The position numbers and the translations under genes were made by a program. Shown piece by piece: positions 29,483 through 42,568 of a stretch of 64,000 nucleotides of DNA. The notes under the pieces were generated by a model. It did not search any database. It saw only the letters and a program-made list of their open reading frames with translations, and was not told the origin of the DNA. The first letter of the stretch is position 1. The number at the start of each line of letters is the position of its first letter. Origin of the DNA: Eledone cirrhosa (Eukaryota); assembly GCA_964016885.1 (NCBI GenBank), contig OZ024744.1, forward strand, positions 53,072,001 through 53,136,000, in the 5' to 3' direction.

Positions 29483-30130
29483 AGAACTGCATACGGTGGA
29501 TGAAGTGTTGTATGTGTGTCTCTAATTCTTTGGGGTTGCACATGCGGGACACGTTTCTCATCACCCGTACTAAATCCACAATCAGTATGTTGATTTTGGT
29601 GAGATCCGAAACAGCTGAGTTTCGGTGGATCAGATATTTGGAAGTCATGGATTTGGCATAATGGGAATGGAGAATTTGTTTTTTTGTTATTAATGGTTTC
29701 TAACAAGAGCTCTCTTTCTAGTACAGATAATCAATGTTTAGCGTAGTCTATAGTAACTCTAATACTCTGGTGGATGAAGTTAGCTATTTGGTGGATGCTT
29801 TCCATGTCGTATTTCTTTAATTCTTGACTGTTCTCTAGTGGGGTTGTTTTTACTACGATGTTTATATCATCAACGTAGCGAGGGTACATCATCAGGGTTA
29901 AGAGGTTGCTGTCTTTTAATTGTTCTTTAAGTTTATTGTCCCACCAAACCATGAATAGATTAGCTATGTCACCTGCAATGCTAACACAAAGGGCTGCTCC
30001 CTCCTCTTGGGAATATGTTTTTCCATTAAACTTGAACTTATGCTCCTTAAGGGTTAGTATTATACTGGCCCCCACCGCATATGTAATCATTTTCTTTAGT
30101 TCATCATGGTTTTCGGGGTCCGTATGGCTC
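29483..30130 (-). pseudogene. Penelope-like element (PLE) reverse transcriptase remnant (palm plus thumb), frameshifted and truncated by the satellite
   Basis: ORF 29731..30156 has FKFNGKTYSQEEGA..SIAGDIANLFM..YPRYVDDI, the PLE RT motifs. A manual translation downstream gives HYAKSMTSKYLIHRNSAVSDLTKINILIVDLVRVMRNVS..HFIHRMQFS, a PLE thumb. Confidence 0.85.
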
Positions 30131-30380
30131 TGGTCCACCCGTTCCATCTTTGACAATATACGAACAACCGCCCGGTTGTGGAACCAACCAACAAACCAAC
30201 CGGAAATTTATAATTTAATTTATAATAAATTGCAGTGAAAACACTGGAGGGTGTGTTTCTTATTGGCAACATGACCCTCCCAAAGTATAACAATATCGGT
30301 TTCAATACACGTTTTCAGATAAAGTATCTTGCTAAACAAATTCAGAAACGAAATATATATATATATATATATATATATAC

Positions 30381-30595
30381 AGTATAACTGAACAAAAAAG
30401 AAAAACGAACACTGACATATACATGTATGTGTTCAAATCGTAATGGACCACAAACGCTAAGGTGAAAAATATACTAACTACAGACAAAGGGTTTGCTAGA
30501 CTCAATTTAAGAATAAATCAAGAAAAATAAATACAAACCAGTATTGTTGTAACTACTGGTTTGTATTTATTTTTGTGTTTATGTTCAGTTATACT
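30381..30595. repeat. Short fold-back element next to (TA)n: 14-bp outer inverted repeat plus an internal perfect 21-bp palindrome
   Basis: AGTATAACTGAACA (30381-30394) pairs with TGTTCAGTTATACT (30582-30595). Inner arms are 30523-30543 and 30554-30574. Confidence 0.75.
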
Positions 30596-30677
30596 ATACG
30601 GCTCGGAAAAACCTTTTTCCTAGAGCTAATTTTACAGTAATGAGACTATTTTGAGTTTCTAACTCAATACATGCTTT

Positions 30678-30747
<70 letters not shown>

Positions 30748-30903
30748 CAAATAACAGATTACAGTTTAAGCAAAGAATCGCTGCTTTCACCCTTAACGGG
30801 ATCTTCTGAAACTAACAAAGTCAATCTGTGAACGCAAAAGTAAATATTTCAAAAAACGTTGCAACCGGAGGAAGACAGGAAGACGACACTTTGGTTTGTG
30901 GAA

Positions 30904-31175
30904 ACGTTCCCTGGCAAAGAACGGGAAAAAATGAATATAATACGTCATTATTTGGAGCGGTGAAAAACAATTACACGCAAAGACAAAACCACGTTTATGG
31001 TATAAATGAAGTCGTAGACTAATATTCTATTAGGTGGTTCATAGAGACGTTCTTTGGCAATGAACGAAAACAACGAAGATAATACGTCATATGTGGATCG
31101 GGTTGAACAATTGCACGCGATGACAAACCCACGTAAATGGTATAACTGAAGTCGTAGACTAAAATTCTTACTAGG
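30904..31175. repeat. Diverged tandem duplication, period about 143 bp, downstream of the minus-strand PLE fragment
   Basis: Both copies share ACGTTC..TGGCAA, ATAATACGTCAT and ATGGTATAA.TGAAGTCGTAGACTAA.ATTCT. Confidence 0.8.
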
Positions 31176-31889
31176 AAACCGAATGATTCTCGGCTTCAGA
31201 GTTAAGAATAAAATACAGAGGTAATTGAAATAAAAAAAATACATACACGCATCCATATACGTACATACACAAGCATACGCGAAAACGCTCGCCATAGATA
31301 ATCACATACACGCACGTACAGGAAAAAAGAAAAAAAACCCGTACGCACATACAGAAGCCATGCAACGCCTGTACCCACAAACATCAGAATGTATACACCG
31401 AATACACATACAAATATATATTAAAATAAAATATATATATATATGTGTGTGTGTGTGTCTGTGCGTGTATACATATAATTAAATAAACGTATATAAATAA
31501 ATAAATACGTATATAACAAACGCACACACATACCTACATGTAAATACACATATGTTCGGAGACGTACGTCAACCAAAACATGAAGTACACATATACACAC
31601 ACCCTACATACGTACGAACCTGCATACTCACACAGACGCAAAACTCACGTATACACATAACCGAAAGCATATGTACCAGAATATATAACATATATGCCAT
31701 AACATATACAATCAAATATACGTACGAGAAAGTATACGTACCTTCACAAAACATACAGGTAATATATACTTACCTATACAAATAAGTAATGGTATAAACA
31801 TAATATATACTTAGCTACCACATCAAGACGTAAAATATCCGCGTATAGTTCGTACTATCTGTTAGCGTATAATGTGGGGCTGTAATACA

Positions 31890-32340
31890 GGAAAGTTTTG
31901 TGCAATTTATGTTTATAAGCCGAAATTGTCTCAGATTTTTTGTTTAAGATGTGGTCTTTGCCCTAGAGTATTTCCAGGGCCTCAGTGGCGCAGAGGTCAC
32001 ATGGTCTTTTATTTCCATTATACGATCTAGCCCTTGCTAGTATCTCCCAGTGTAACTTATATTGGGTGTGGTTGTCTTTTAGACACCAGATATAAGCTGA
32101 AAATGACGTCATATTCCTTCTTAAAGGATTACGCATGTAAAGACGATGCTTGAATCTATTGGCGGTTAAACCTATGTAGGCCCTACGGGACGTGAGTGTT
32201 TCAACCTTACATTTGTAGACAATGTTACTAGAGAGGCATTTCCAGGATAGGGGGCATTCAACCCGATTCCTCCGATTACATTTAGTACTAACTACAGGGT
32301 TGCACGTGTTCCTACGGCTAGGTAGTTTAGCTAAATTTGA
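31890..32340 (-). pseudogene. PLE GIY-YIG endonuclease remnant (CNC..CPL..CL / YIG / IW.LK / C.LC..E type)
   Basis: Manual translation: KCNRRNRVECPLSWKCLSSNIVYKCKVET..YIGLTANRFKHR..SAYIWCLKDN..WEILARARSYNGNKRPCDLCATE..ILNKKSE, with stops and frameshifts. Confidence 0.8.
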
Positions 32341-32649
32341 AGCTGTGATGTTTATATATATATATATTATATATATATATATAATATATATATATATTAT
32401 ATATATATAATATATTATATATATATAATATATATATATATTATATATATATATATATATTATATTATATTATATTAAGGTTTATTTAGTTCGGGTTTTT
32501 TTTCCAAAGTAGAAGGTGTTATGTGCGTGTGTATGTGTCTGTTTGGATGGTTAGCCTGTTATGGTTTGACATAATGTATATTAAACCATATTTGAATAAA
32601 CATATTTTCCTTATTTATTCGTATTTGTTCTGTTGTATTGTCAGCGCAA

Positions 32650-33343
32650 AGCTAAAATGCGAAAACTTGGAATTTGGGTGTCTAATTACTTGCGCATATG
32701 TCTAATTGTGCGCTTAGTGGTATCTGTCTCATGGCTGGATCTCGTAATTGTTGGCGATGAACTGTCATTCTTTTTCTGAGTGTGAGTTTAGTTTGCCCTA
32801 TATGTTCTTCATTGCATCCTTTACATTTAATGGCATAAAGTAGATTTTTTGATGGCAAGTGAAGTGATTTTTTACAGCAACATTTTGCCTGATTGAAATG
32901 TATACGTGTTGCCTTCAATGAGGTGAGTGCAGGTTCCACAATTAGAGTGACCACATTTTTTGACAGTTGGTTGTGGGTTTGTGATAGGTAAGTTGGCATT
33001 GGTGAGTAATGTTTTCAGTGCTTTCAGTTGTCTTTTGCTTTTGATTATTTTGTGTGTTTCAAGGGCTTTTTTCATTCTTGGGTCTTGTTTCAATAGTGGG
33101 ATGTTCTTGTGAATAGTGTTGTAATATTCCGCATTTCTTGGGTTGTGTGTTGAGATATATGATAGAATATTGGACGTACCTTGAATTTGTTTCTGTTTTC
33201 GTAATTCATCAATGCCTATTGCTTTAGCCCTTTCTATTCCATTATTTATTAGTAATGGTGGGTACTGTCTTTCGAGTAGAATTTCATTTAATTCTTGTAG
33301 TCTTTTATTTCGCGTTTCATAATTGGAGACAATTGTGCAAATT

Positions 33344-33345
<2 letters not shown>
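32650..33345 (-). pseudogene. Neptune-like PLE remnant: RT thumb end, Cys-rich linker and GIY-YIG endonuclease
   Basis: LLERQYPPLLINNGIERAK (thumb); KKCGHSNCGTC (linker, ORF 32872..33093); SKNLLYAIKCKGCNEEHIGQTKLTLRKRMTVHR (GIY-YIG, ORF 32682..32999). The 5' end abuts a (TA)n run. Confidence 0.85.
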
Positions 33346-33422
<77 letters not shown>

Positions 33423-33509
33423 CACAGAAAAAAGAGAATTAGTGTTGCGACGAATGGAATGTATTGGACATATTACAATCGTTTCGCTGGCGACCAACTA
33501 GAAGCACGA

Positions 33510-33652
33510 TCGATGTGTCCAGAAATAGCCGTCGAAACGGCTTGAGCTCTGCCGTCGGGGTCATATATTTTCCTATTACCCTCTCTACCACCCTAAGTAT
33601 TGAGTACTCTGGTGCGTTATGGTCCATCTGGTTCCTTACCACAACTCCTTCG

Positions 33653-33655
<3 letters not shown>
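33510..33655. mobile_element. Short (TA)n-flanked repeat family, copy 1
   Basis: Shares GTCGAAACGGC..GAGCTC.GCCGTCG.GGTC..TTTTCCTATTAC..CTCTAC.ACCCTAAGTAT.GAG.ACTCTGGTGCGTTATGGT.CATCTGGTTCCTT with 34162-34288. Confidence 0.75.
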
Positions 33656-33720
<65 letters not shown>

Positions 33721-33733
33721 TGTGTGTGAGTGG

Positions 33734-33918
33734 AAGCAAACAAGATGAGAAAAAAATCTTTACTTACTAGAAAAAGCAGTCCTATTCGGCCAAATCTCTC
33801 CTGATGATTTGAGATTTCTCGCAATACTTTACTCGGAATAACGTTATTTTTTCAATGAAACTGCAGTAGCAACATTAAAATGAGTAAGTAAAGATATTTT
33901 TTCTAATCTTGTTTGCTT
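33734..33918 (+). ncRNA. Candidate hammerhead ribozyme (33801-33868) inside an inverted repeat, PLE pseudo-LTR-like
   Basis: CTGATGA (33801), stem II TTGAGA/TTTCAA, GAAAC-TGCA-GTA (33857-33868). Stem I does not pair. The inverted arms are 33734-33768 and 33883-33918. Confidence 0.5.
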
Positions 33919-34064
33919 TACCCAGATATGATTATATTAAGCTCTGAATGGGTTGATCATTGTTAATTCTTTCATAGAGCAAAACTTGGTATCGGTTGGA
34001 CACCTTTGTATGTTTCTATACTTGTGTAAAGATACATATATATCTTCACTTAATATATATATAT

Positions 34065-34288
34065 ATAGGAAGAGAGTCAGGACCCCGACGGCTAAGCTCC
34101 GGCCGTTTTGACAGCCAGATCCGAACTAACTCCTTACTGCTGGGTTAGTTCGGATCTAGGTGTCGAAACGGCCGGAGCTCAGCCGTCGAGGTCCTGACTC
34201 TTTTCCTATTACACACTCTACTACCCTAAGTATCGAGGACTCTGGTGCGTTATGGTTCATCTGGTTCCTTTTCACACTTTCTTCGTTA
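34065..34288. mobile_element. Short (TA)n-flanked repeat family, copy 2, with a hairpin of about 68-bp arms
   Basis: Arms 34065-34132 and 34142-34209 are reverse complements with about 6 mismatches. (TA)n lies on both sides. Confidence 0.8.
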
Positions 34289-34317
34289 TATATACATATA
34301 CATACATGTATATACAT

Positions 34318-34390
<73 letters not shown>

Positions 34391-34471
34391 TATAGATAGA
34401 GAGCGAGGGAGAGAGATAGAGATAGATAGATAGATAGATAGATAGAGAGCGAGGGAGAGAGATAGAGATAG

Positions 34472-34505
<34 letters not shown>

Positions 34506-34512
34506 AAAGAGA
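34289..34512. repeat. Compound microsatellite (TA)n/(GA)n/(GATA)n
   Basis: Direct reading. Confidence 0.9.
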
Positions 34513-34690
34513 GTAACAAAAACAATAGTATGTCTAGCTCCGCTCTCCACAAATTTATGAGCATAGTGTTGCTATAGTATTTATTCGAGGAGGGAGAAGC
34601 AGCGCTAATAGTGATGGTGGGAGGTACTCTGAATGTGGAAAATTTGAGAGTACCTTTATGCTAGTAGTCTTGTGATTATTTTCTTTGTTA

Positions 34691-35361
34691 TCTTAACTGT
34701 AATAAAGAAAGGAGTGCAGGACTGCATCCAGAATATATTTTTATCTCGTTTGTAAAATAAGTTGGATTTCTTTGAATAAATAATTGTTTCTACTATTGGC
34801 CCAATGCCAGCAATTATCCCAGTACATTACTGGTACTTTATTTTATCGACCCCGTAAGGATGAAAGGCAAAGTTAACCTTGGCTGGATTTGAACTCACAC
34901 CATAAAGGGGCGTAACTCTATGATGCAAAGCATGGCGTCCGATCTTCTACTGATACTGCCAATCCCCCGCCCTTTGAATAAATAATGAATGAATATTACA
35001 TAATTTATCTGATAAATTTCGTAGCTTTTGATTAAATATATTTTATCACTTATTTAAGGATTCACTTCTTAAAATTTTCAAATGTCAATACTTCCGGTTA
35101 GCGATCGATTAAATAAACATTCATATATTTCCGTCACTAATTTTCTCCTAATGCAGTTTATATATATCTTCTTTATTTAATGTATCATGGATTCCGTTAC
35201 TGATTACATAAGACTGTGTAATACAGTCTTCGTTCAATTTCTGTGTAAGTTATCAATTACGATTTTATTTGATGTATCATATCTATAAGTATATATTTGC
35301 GTATAATATACACACTACACATGCTAGCAGAAAACCACCTGATAGATGGTTTTTCTGCTAG
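34691..35361 (+). mobile_element. Non-autonomous Helitron, copy A, containing a SINE insertion
   Basis: A|TCTTAACTGTAATAAAG 5' end; 3' hairpin GCAGAAAACCA..TGGTTTTTCTGC then CTAG|T; no TSD. Homologous to 37251-37764. Confidence 0.8.
34785..34971 (-). mobile_element. tRNA-derived SINE with a 15-bp TSD
   Basis: Minus strand: A-box-like TGGCAGTATCAG, B box GAGTTCAAATCC, central GCCTTTCATCCTTACGGGGTCGATAAAATAAAGTACCAG. TSD CTTTGAATAAATAAT at 34770-34784 and 34972-34986. Confidence 0.88.
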
Positions 35362-36320
35362 TTCGATTAATGGTTATCCACTCGAACGTTTTACCACATA
35401 TCTTGCATTTGAACTGCGATAATTTAGACAGTTCATTATTAAGTTTATGAACGTTATATAATTTAAACTTAGTTGGTAACGAATCATTTGAAAACATAAT
35501 GCACCTATAAACACATAATCAATGCAAACTAGGGCTAAAATAATTTAAATTTTAATCGATTAATCGATAAAATAACTAGATTTTGTCGAGTCAAACCCAG
35601 TTTTCAACTAAAATTTGAAAATTCTAGCAAGAAAAATAATTCTGTCATTTAGTTTTGTCTCTCTTGAATAACACTAACAAACTATTATCACTGAATTATA
35701 TAAATTGTTGGGAATATAAATTAAATCTAGATATCAATATGGCTGCAGTGGGTCTATAACTGAGAGAAAGATACGACTAATTAACTATTTCAATGTGTCA
35801 AAATTTAAATGTTTGTATAAGGATTAACTTGAAAGTATGAAAATATACATTTTCGATAAATGTTAACTCTTAGAGATCTCTGAAACTAGAAAATTCTTTG
35901 TTGGGCTTAAAATAATAATAATATAATCCCCACAGACTAACAATAATTAACACGCATCAAAAATGAATATAAGCGTCGTCATTTTGAGGGTATGCAAGAG
36001 AACCTTGAGAGTAGCAAACCCCAAGCTTGGACCTTGAACAACGATTCTCATTGACCAACCACTGTATTGGTCCTGGCTGCGTTCGTTCCTACCCGATGAT
36101 TCTAGAATTAACGCGTGGTTTCTGTGTAATGGGAGCAGAAATTGCACCTCTGTGCACAGGATACAGATAAGAAACCAACTATCTACCTTTGGTCAGGACT
36201 GAATTGTTTAACACCCAAACATAGTCCCGAACTTACCACTAATAACTAAATTTGTGCGCTCCGAATCACGGACGGGCAAGTCCCGCGAAATCATCGAATG
36301 AGTGGGAAATTTCGGCGTAC

Positions 36321-36637
<317 letters not shown>

Positions 36638-37250
36638 GCATGTGTATGTGTGGCGGGTGTTTGTGTGTATGCGTCTCCATGTGTGTTTCGTTTCGGTTCT
36701 GTAGTTTGTTTCAGTGCGATCGTTTGTTGTTTGGTTAGTAGTATTTTATTTATTTAATGAGGTAGAATATAGATTGTCTTCTGTGTAGATTTTGTAGGTG
36801 GTGTATGCTTTACTTTTGTTAATTGGTTATTGGTTTATTGCTGTGCAGGAACCCGTTACATTTCTTGAAGGAGTGTTGGTCACGGCAGAAATAATGAAAC
36901 AAGCCAGATGACGGTTGTCAACTCGGTACCTATATATTGCACACTAAATATAAAGTAGAAGGAAACTATGCATACATACAAAAATACATACATATATACA
37001 TACATGCATACATACATACATACACAAATAAATACATACATATATACATACGTACATACATACAAACATACATGCATATATATATATATATATATATGTA
37101 TGAGTGTGTCTGTATATATATAAGCACGTGTGTGTGTGCATATAATAAATAAAAGGCTATATAATTTGTGGCTAAAGATACATACATACAAACAGCGGCT
37201 GACGAGGTAATTGGCTACCAAACGTATCTCATAAAATAACGTTACAAATA

Positions 37251-37764
37251 CTAGCAGAAAAACCACCCTTCGTGTGGTTTTCTGCGAGTATGAGTATTGT
37301 GCATATTGATATTATACGCAAATATATATGCATGTAGATATGATTCGTCAAATAAAATGGTAATTGACAACATATACAGAAATTTAAGAGTGATTGTGTT
37401 ACACTGCCTTCTGTAATCAGTAAAGTAATCCGTGATACATTTAAAAAAGACGATAATATATATAAACTGCATTAGAAGAAAATTAGTGACGGAAATATAT
37501 GAACGTTTATATAAGCGATGTAATAAGTGTTATAATATAAGGGGCGCTAACCGGAAATGTTGACATTTGAACATTTTAAAGAAGGGAATCTTGAAATAAG
37601 CAATAAAGTTATTTATACTTAATCAAGAGTTACGAAATTTAGTACATACATTATGTAATATTCATTTATTATTTATTCAAAGTAATCCAACTTATTTTAC
37701 AAACGGGATAAACAAATATATATTCTGGACGCAATCCCGCACTCCTTTCTTTATTATATTATGA
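37251..37764 (-). mobile_element. Non-autonomous Helitron, copy B (same family as 34691-35361, without the SINE)
   Basis: Minus strand reads A|TCATAATATAATAAAGAAAGGAGTGC ... hairpin, CTAG|T. Colinear with copy A. Confidence 0.8.
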
Positions 37765-38362
37765 TTCCATACTTTCTTTGTGTGCAATATTGCGATCTAT
37801 TCTCACAGTTCGTTTACGTTACATAGATAAAAATTACCGACGAACTGCTGGGGTATTGTCTACTCACATTGTTTAAATATGACTAGATATATCTACTAGA
37901 TGTGCCTATTGCTCATGGCATGCAATTGAGCAACACAACATTATGTAGTTTTCATTACCTTTGAACAACAGTTATTAATTCTAGGTAAGAATATAAAAGT
38001 ATCAGTCAATTACTGTGTTTTGTAGATCAATTTATATTCCAAATACTTGTGATGCAAACGATATTTTGTGCCTAAAGTCTTGTTAGAGTTAAACAGCGAC
38101 GAAACAGGGGAATAATACCCGAAACATCTTACATGTAAGATAGATATTTCATATTTTGTTTATGTGGTATATTTAAGATTCTCTTTTCCAGTTTAATTAA
38201 TTTATACAGAAATAGACTCATAAATATTTTGTGGTTATTTTACATTCCCATTGGTGGAACTCGTAAATGAACTAAGATTACGTATTAGAACATTTATATA
38301 CTATGTATTTAAACATTCGTACAACTACACATACATATATATATGTACATACACACTCACAT

Positions 38363-38457
<95 letters not shown>

Positions 38458-38579
38458 TTTAGAGTTATGTATACACTATATACAACTATAAACAGGAAAG
38501 GTCAGTAATTTATTACTACCTTATTACCATTAAGAAAAATACCTCAATGTAAATACATAAGATGTTTTACAGAGGCGGA

Positions 38580-38747
38580 ATATAAATTACACAATAATCA
38601 AAGCTATGTTCAAACCATTTTATTGCTGACAATCGTTTCTTCCAAACTATCGTTTGGAATCATCGGACCAGTAGCAATGGTTTGGAAGAAACGATTGTCA
38701 GCAATAAAATGGTTTGAACATAGCTTTGATTATTGTGTAATTTATAT
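38580..38747. repeat. Perfect 68-bp inverted repeat with a hammerhead-like core on the minus strand (38628-38666), ending in (TA)n
   Basis: 38580-38647 is the exact reverse complement of 38680-38747. Minus strand reads CCGATGA-TTCCAAAC-GATA-GTTTGGAA-GAAAC-GATT-GTC. Confidence 0.85.
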
Positions 38748-39020
38748 ATATATATATATATTTAAACATGTATATGGTGTATAAACAGTGAGAGTCGAAA
38801 CATACTTTATATTTGGATTTTGACTCTTGGGGCTTCTCCAAAGACACGAAGTAGTGAATATGGTAACTAAAGCTAACATGAAAACCAAGGGTATTTCAGG
38901 GGAAGTATATTCCATGTTTACTTGGAAGTCATTATAGAAAGATATATAATCTGAAGTTATATTACTTCTCTGAACAGAAAGTTACTTTTGAGCAAACCTT
39001 GTATAGTCAAAGACACACAT

Positions 39021-39155
<135 letters not shown>

Positions 39156-39219
39156 TATAAAATATTAAAAAAATAATGAATAAAACAATGAAACAGTTCC
39201 TTATATTAAACAAAAAAAG

Positions 39220-39304
<85 letters not shown>

Positions 39305-39353
39305 ATGTGTGTGAGTGTGTGTGTATATGTATTTATATATGTATATATATATG

Positions 39354-39413
<60 letters not shown>

Positions 39414-39420
39414 TATATAT

Positions 39421-39528
39421 GAAAAGAATTAGGACCCCGAGACAGCTAACGTCCGCCCGTTTCGACAGCTAGATCAGTACTCTGGTCCGTTGTGGTCCAC
39501 CTGGTTTCTTACCACATTTTCTTTGTTA
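39421..39528. mobile_element. Short (TA)n-flanked repeat family, copy 3 (internally deleted)
   Basis: AGGACCCCGA..GCTAA..GTTTCGACAGCTAGATC (the left hairpin arm of copy 2) is fused to GTACTCTGGT.CGTTGTGGTCCA.CTGGTTTCTTACCACA. Confidence 0.7.
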
Positions 39529-39539
39529 TATATATATTA

Positions 39540-41673
39540 CACTGGTCTACAAGGTCTTTGGTGTTTAGGAAATAGTCATCATTCCTATAGAAGATCTGTC
39601 TCCTGATTCCAAATATAACCTTGTTTTGGACCTATCAGATCTAGTTTTTAAGTTATTGAACATCCCTATAGTCACTATGTATGTGTTCGTACCTTATTCT
39701 AATTCTAAGTTTTTTCTTTTTCCATACATTTTAAATGTTGTCGTGAACTAAGCAATCGAAAATGAGAAAGATGTCCTCTTCAAGATAGTATTGCGTTAAT
39801 TCTCCAAATGTATTTTGTTATATTTGTGGAGAATACACATTACCTGAAAATCGAAAAACATCACTGATTTTGTTGAAAGAGCGTATATGGCATATTTTGG
39901 GGACAAGTTGGGAGACCAAGATAAATATTGGACACCGCATAGTGTCTGCAAACTATGTACAAAACCTTTGCGACAATGGACTAAAGCGACAAGGAAAAGT
40001 ATGCTATTATCGTGGGAGCCCTATAATCACGTGGACGACTGCTATTTTTCTAACCTAAATTTAAAGGGTATTAACAGGAAAAATCGACAAGCGCTTGTCT
40101 ATCCTAATCTTGCCTCTGCTATTAGACCGGTTCCACACAGTGAAGAGCTTCCTGTTTTTGTCTTCAATGTCTTGCCTCAGATAAATTTACCCTCAATCAA
40201 AGAAGATTCATCACCTGAAGATGACACTAGAAATCAAGACTTTTCAGTTAAGACTTTACCTCAGCTATTCTCCCAGGTAGAGCTGAATGATCTAGTTCGT
40301 GAATTGAACCTTCTAAAATATTCTGCAGAACTGTTGGCTTCCCGACTGAAAGAGAAGAATCTTCTAGAGAATGGTGTCCGTATAACCTTTTATCGGAATC
40401 AGCATGAAGAGTTCCTTTCTTTCTTCACAAAAGAGGAAGTGCTGGTTTACTGCAGAGATATCAGTGGGCTTCTTAATAAATTTAGCATTGAGAAATACAA
40501 ACCAGAGGAATGGCATCTTTCTATAGACAGCTCTAAGCGTACCTAGTTTAAAATGTGTATTGTTTCACAACGTAGATGTGTATGGCTCTGTGCCACGCGG
40601 CCACACAACAACTCTGAAGGAAAAATATGAAGAAATTAAGTTGGTTTTAGAGAAGATACTGTATCATGATCATAAATGGAGATACTGTATCATGATCTGC
40701 GTTGACTTAAAGATCGTGAATTTTTTCATGGGACAGCAATCTAGTTATATCAAATACCCATGCTTTCTTTGCATATGGGACAGTAGAGACCGAGTAAACC
40801 GCTATGTTAAGAAAGACTGGCCGCCTCGAACAAATATGGCTCCATGTTGAGCTGCCAATATATTGGAAGAACCTTTAGTGGATAAGATCATCCCCCCCCC
40901 CTTTACACATCAAACTCGGATTGATCAAGCAATTCGTCAAAGCTCTTGACAAAAATAGGGAGTGCTTCAATTATATCTGCAGTGTATTTCCAGATTTGAT
41001 GATTGAAAAACTTAAAGCTGGGATATTTGATGGACCACAGATGCGTAAGCTCTTGAAGGACACACATTTCGTCAAAACGATGAGCGAAAATGAAGCATCA
41101 GCTTGGCTAGCATTTGCAGAAGTAGTGCAAACCTTCCTTGGGAAACACAAACGGCAAACTATAAAGACCTTGTTACCAACTTGATATCAACTTTTCGTGA
41201 TATTGGCGCGAATATGAGCATCAAAATGTATTATCTTTTTAGTCGTCTTGATCATTTTCCTGAAAGATGTTAGCGATGAACAAGGCGAACGATTCCATCA
41301 AGGAGATGGAAACTCGGTACGAAGGACGTTGGGATACTGTGATGATGGCAGGCTATTACTGGTGTTTAAAACGAGATACTCAGTGCACAAAGAAGCGAGA
41401 ATTTATTCCTTGAATTTTCTTCCAAAATCTTTGGCAATGTGCATTTTCCATTTTGAATTTTTATTTGTACTTTGTTTTGTTTTATGTTACGATCTCTTTA
41501 TTGATTCATATTATATGCCTCTTGTATGAATAAAATAGCTTATCAGGTGTAGCCAGAAAACTAGACCTGATAGAGAAAAACTGAAGTTATTTGTTAATTT
41601 AGCAGGCAAAGTTACTTAAGAATTCGTTGAAATATTCCAGGCACCACACAAAAAATCATTTTGTTAAAGAGTG
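39540..41673 (+). mobile_element. Decayed DNA transposon, Chapaev3-like (CMC superfamily)
   Basis: Ends CACTGGTCTACAA ... TTGTTAAAGAGTG (imperfect TIR), with TTA/TAA flanks. Internal transposase fragments are present. The family assignment is from recalled motifs. Confidence 0.7.
39771..41366 (+). pseudogene. Transposase pseudogene (Chapaev3-like) with multiple frameshifts and stops
   Basis: FCYICG, PHSVCKLC, WEPYNHVDDCYF, ELNDLVRELNL, IDSSK, VDLK..PCFLCIWDSR, PLHIKLGLIKQFVKAL, GIFDGPQMRKL and SDEQGERFHQ across ORFs 39887..40546, 40560..40850, 40921..41184 and 41248.. Confidence 0.85.
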
Positions 41674-41675
41674 TA

Positions 41676-41795
<120 letters not shown>

Positions 41796-41803
41796 GTGTA
41801 AGA

Positions 41804-41979
41804 AGTGCAAACCTTCCTTGGGAAACACAAACGGCAAACTATAAAGACCTTGTTACCAACTTGATATCAACTTTTCGTGATATTGGCGCGAATATGAGCA
41901 TCAAAATGTATTATCTTTTTAGTCGTCTTGATCATTTTCCTGAAAGATGTTAGCGATGAACAAGGCGAACGATTCCATC
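41804..41979 (+). repeat. 176-bp duplicate of transposase segment 41124-41299
   Basis: Identical by eye at offset 680, from AGTGCAAACC to GATTCCATC. Confidence 0.9.
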
Positions 41980-42522
41980 GTACACTTGAAAGAAAAATTT
42001 AAGTCTGAATGTTAATTAAGTGCAAACACAAAACCAACCACGCATATCTTCACTATCTCTAATCCTTCTATAGATTTAGAAAAATAACCAATAATATATT
42101 CTATAAAAAATGTCAAAACAACAGATGGGAATCTAATTACTCACTGCCACCAAGAATTCTCACTGCTATCGAAAAACCACTCCTTCAACTATTCTTCTAA
42201 CAACTTCACCCCTCCCTCCTAATATTCTCTATAAAAACTAAATAGGTCCTCAGTAATATTATTATGATGAAATGACAGTAAATAATAACATTGAAATATT
42301 GAATGTCTGCATAACTAAAAGTTTGTAGATAGCTGTTTTAGGTTATGTAACTGTTATAGAAACACGTGTCAATAAATTCCTTTCAACTAAACTGTATCCA
42401 TTCAAATCTTTCTATTTTTCTCCGGATTACTTTTGGAACTACAACTGGAACCGTCGAGCAAACTCTACGTGAGCTGATAATCTACTGTGTGTAATATTTA
42501 TATTACAACACAACGGAAAATA

Positions 42523-42568
<46 letters not shown>

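Noticed and set aside
29483-30130. Telomerase or telomere-associated endonuclease-less PLE extending the satellite
   Set aside because: The remnant is frameshifted, cut mid-thumb and has no telomeric repeats. Nothing indicates it templated the 73-mer.
35949-36320. Possible host exon or plus-strand PLE linker (PNLPLITKF..W)
   Set aside because: Stops are present, motif similarity is too weak, and there is no splice support.
41980-42430. Possible LINE 3' end and a GAAAC-ACGT-GTC hammerhead half
   Set aside because: There is no recognisable CTGANGA or stem II, and protein similarity is unconvincing.
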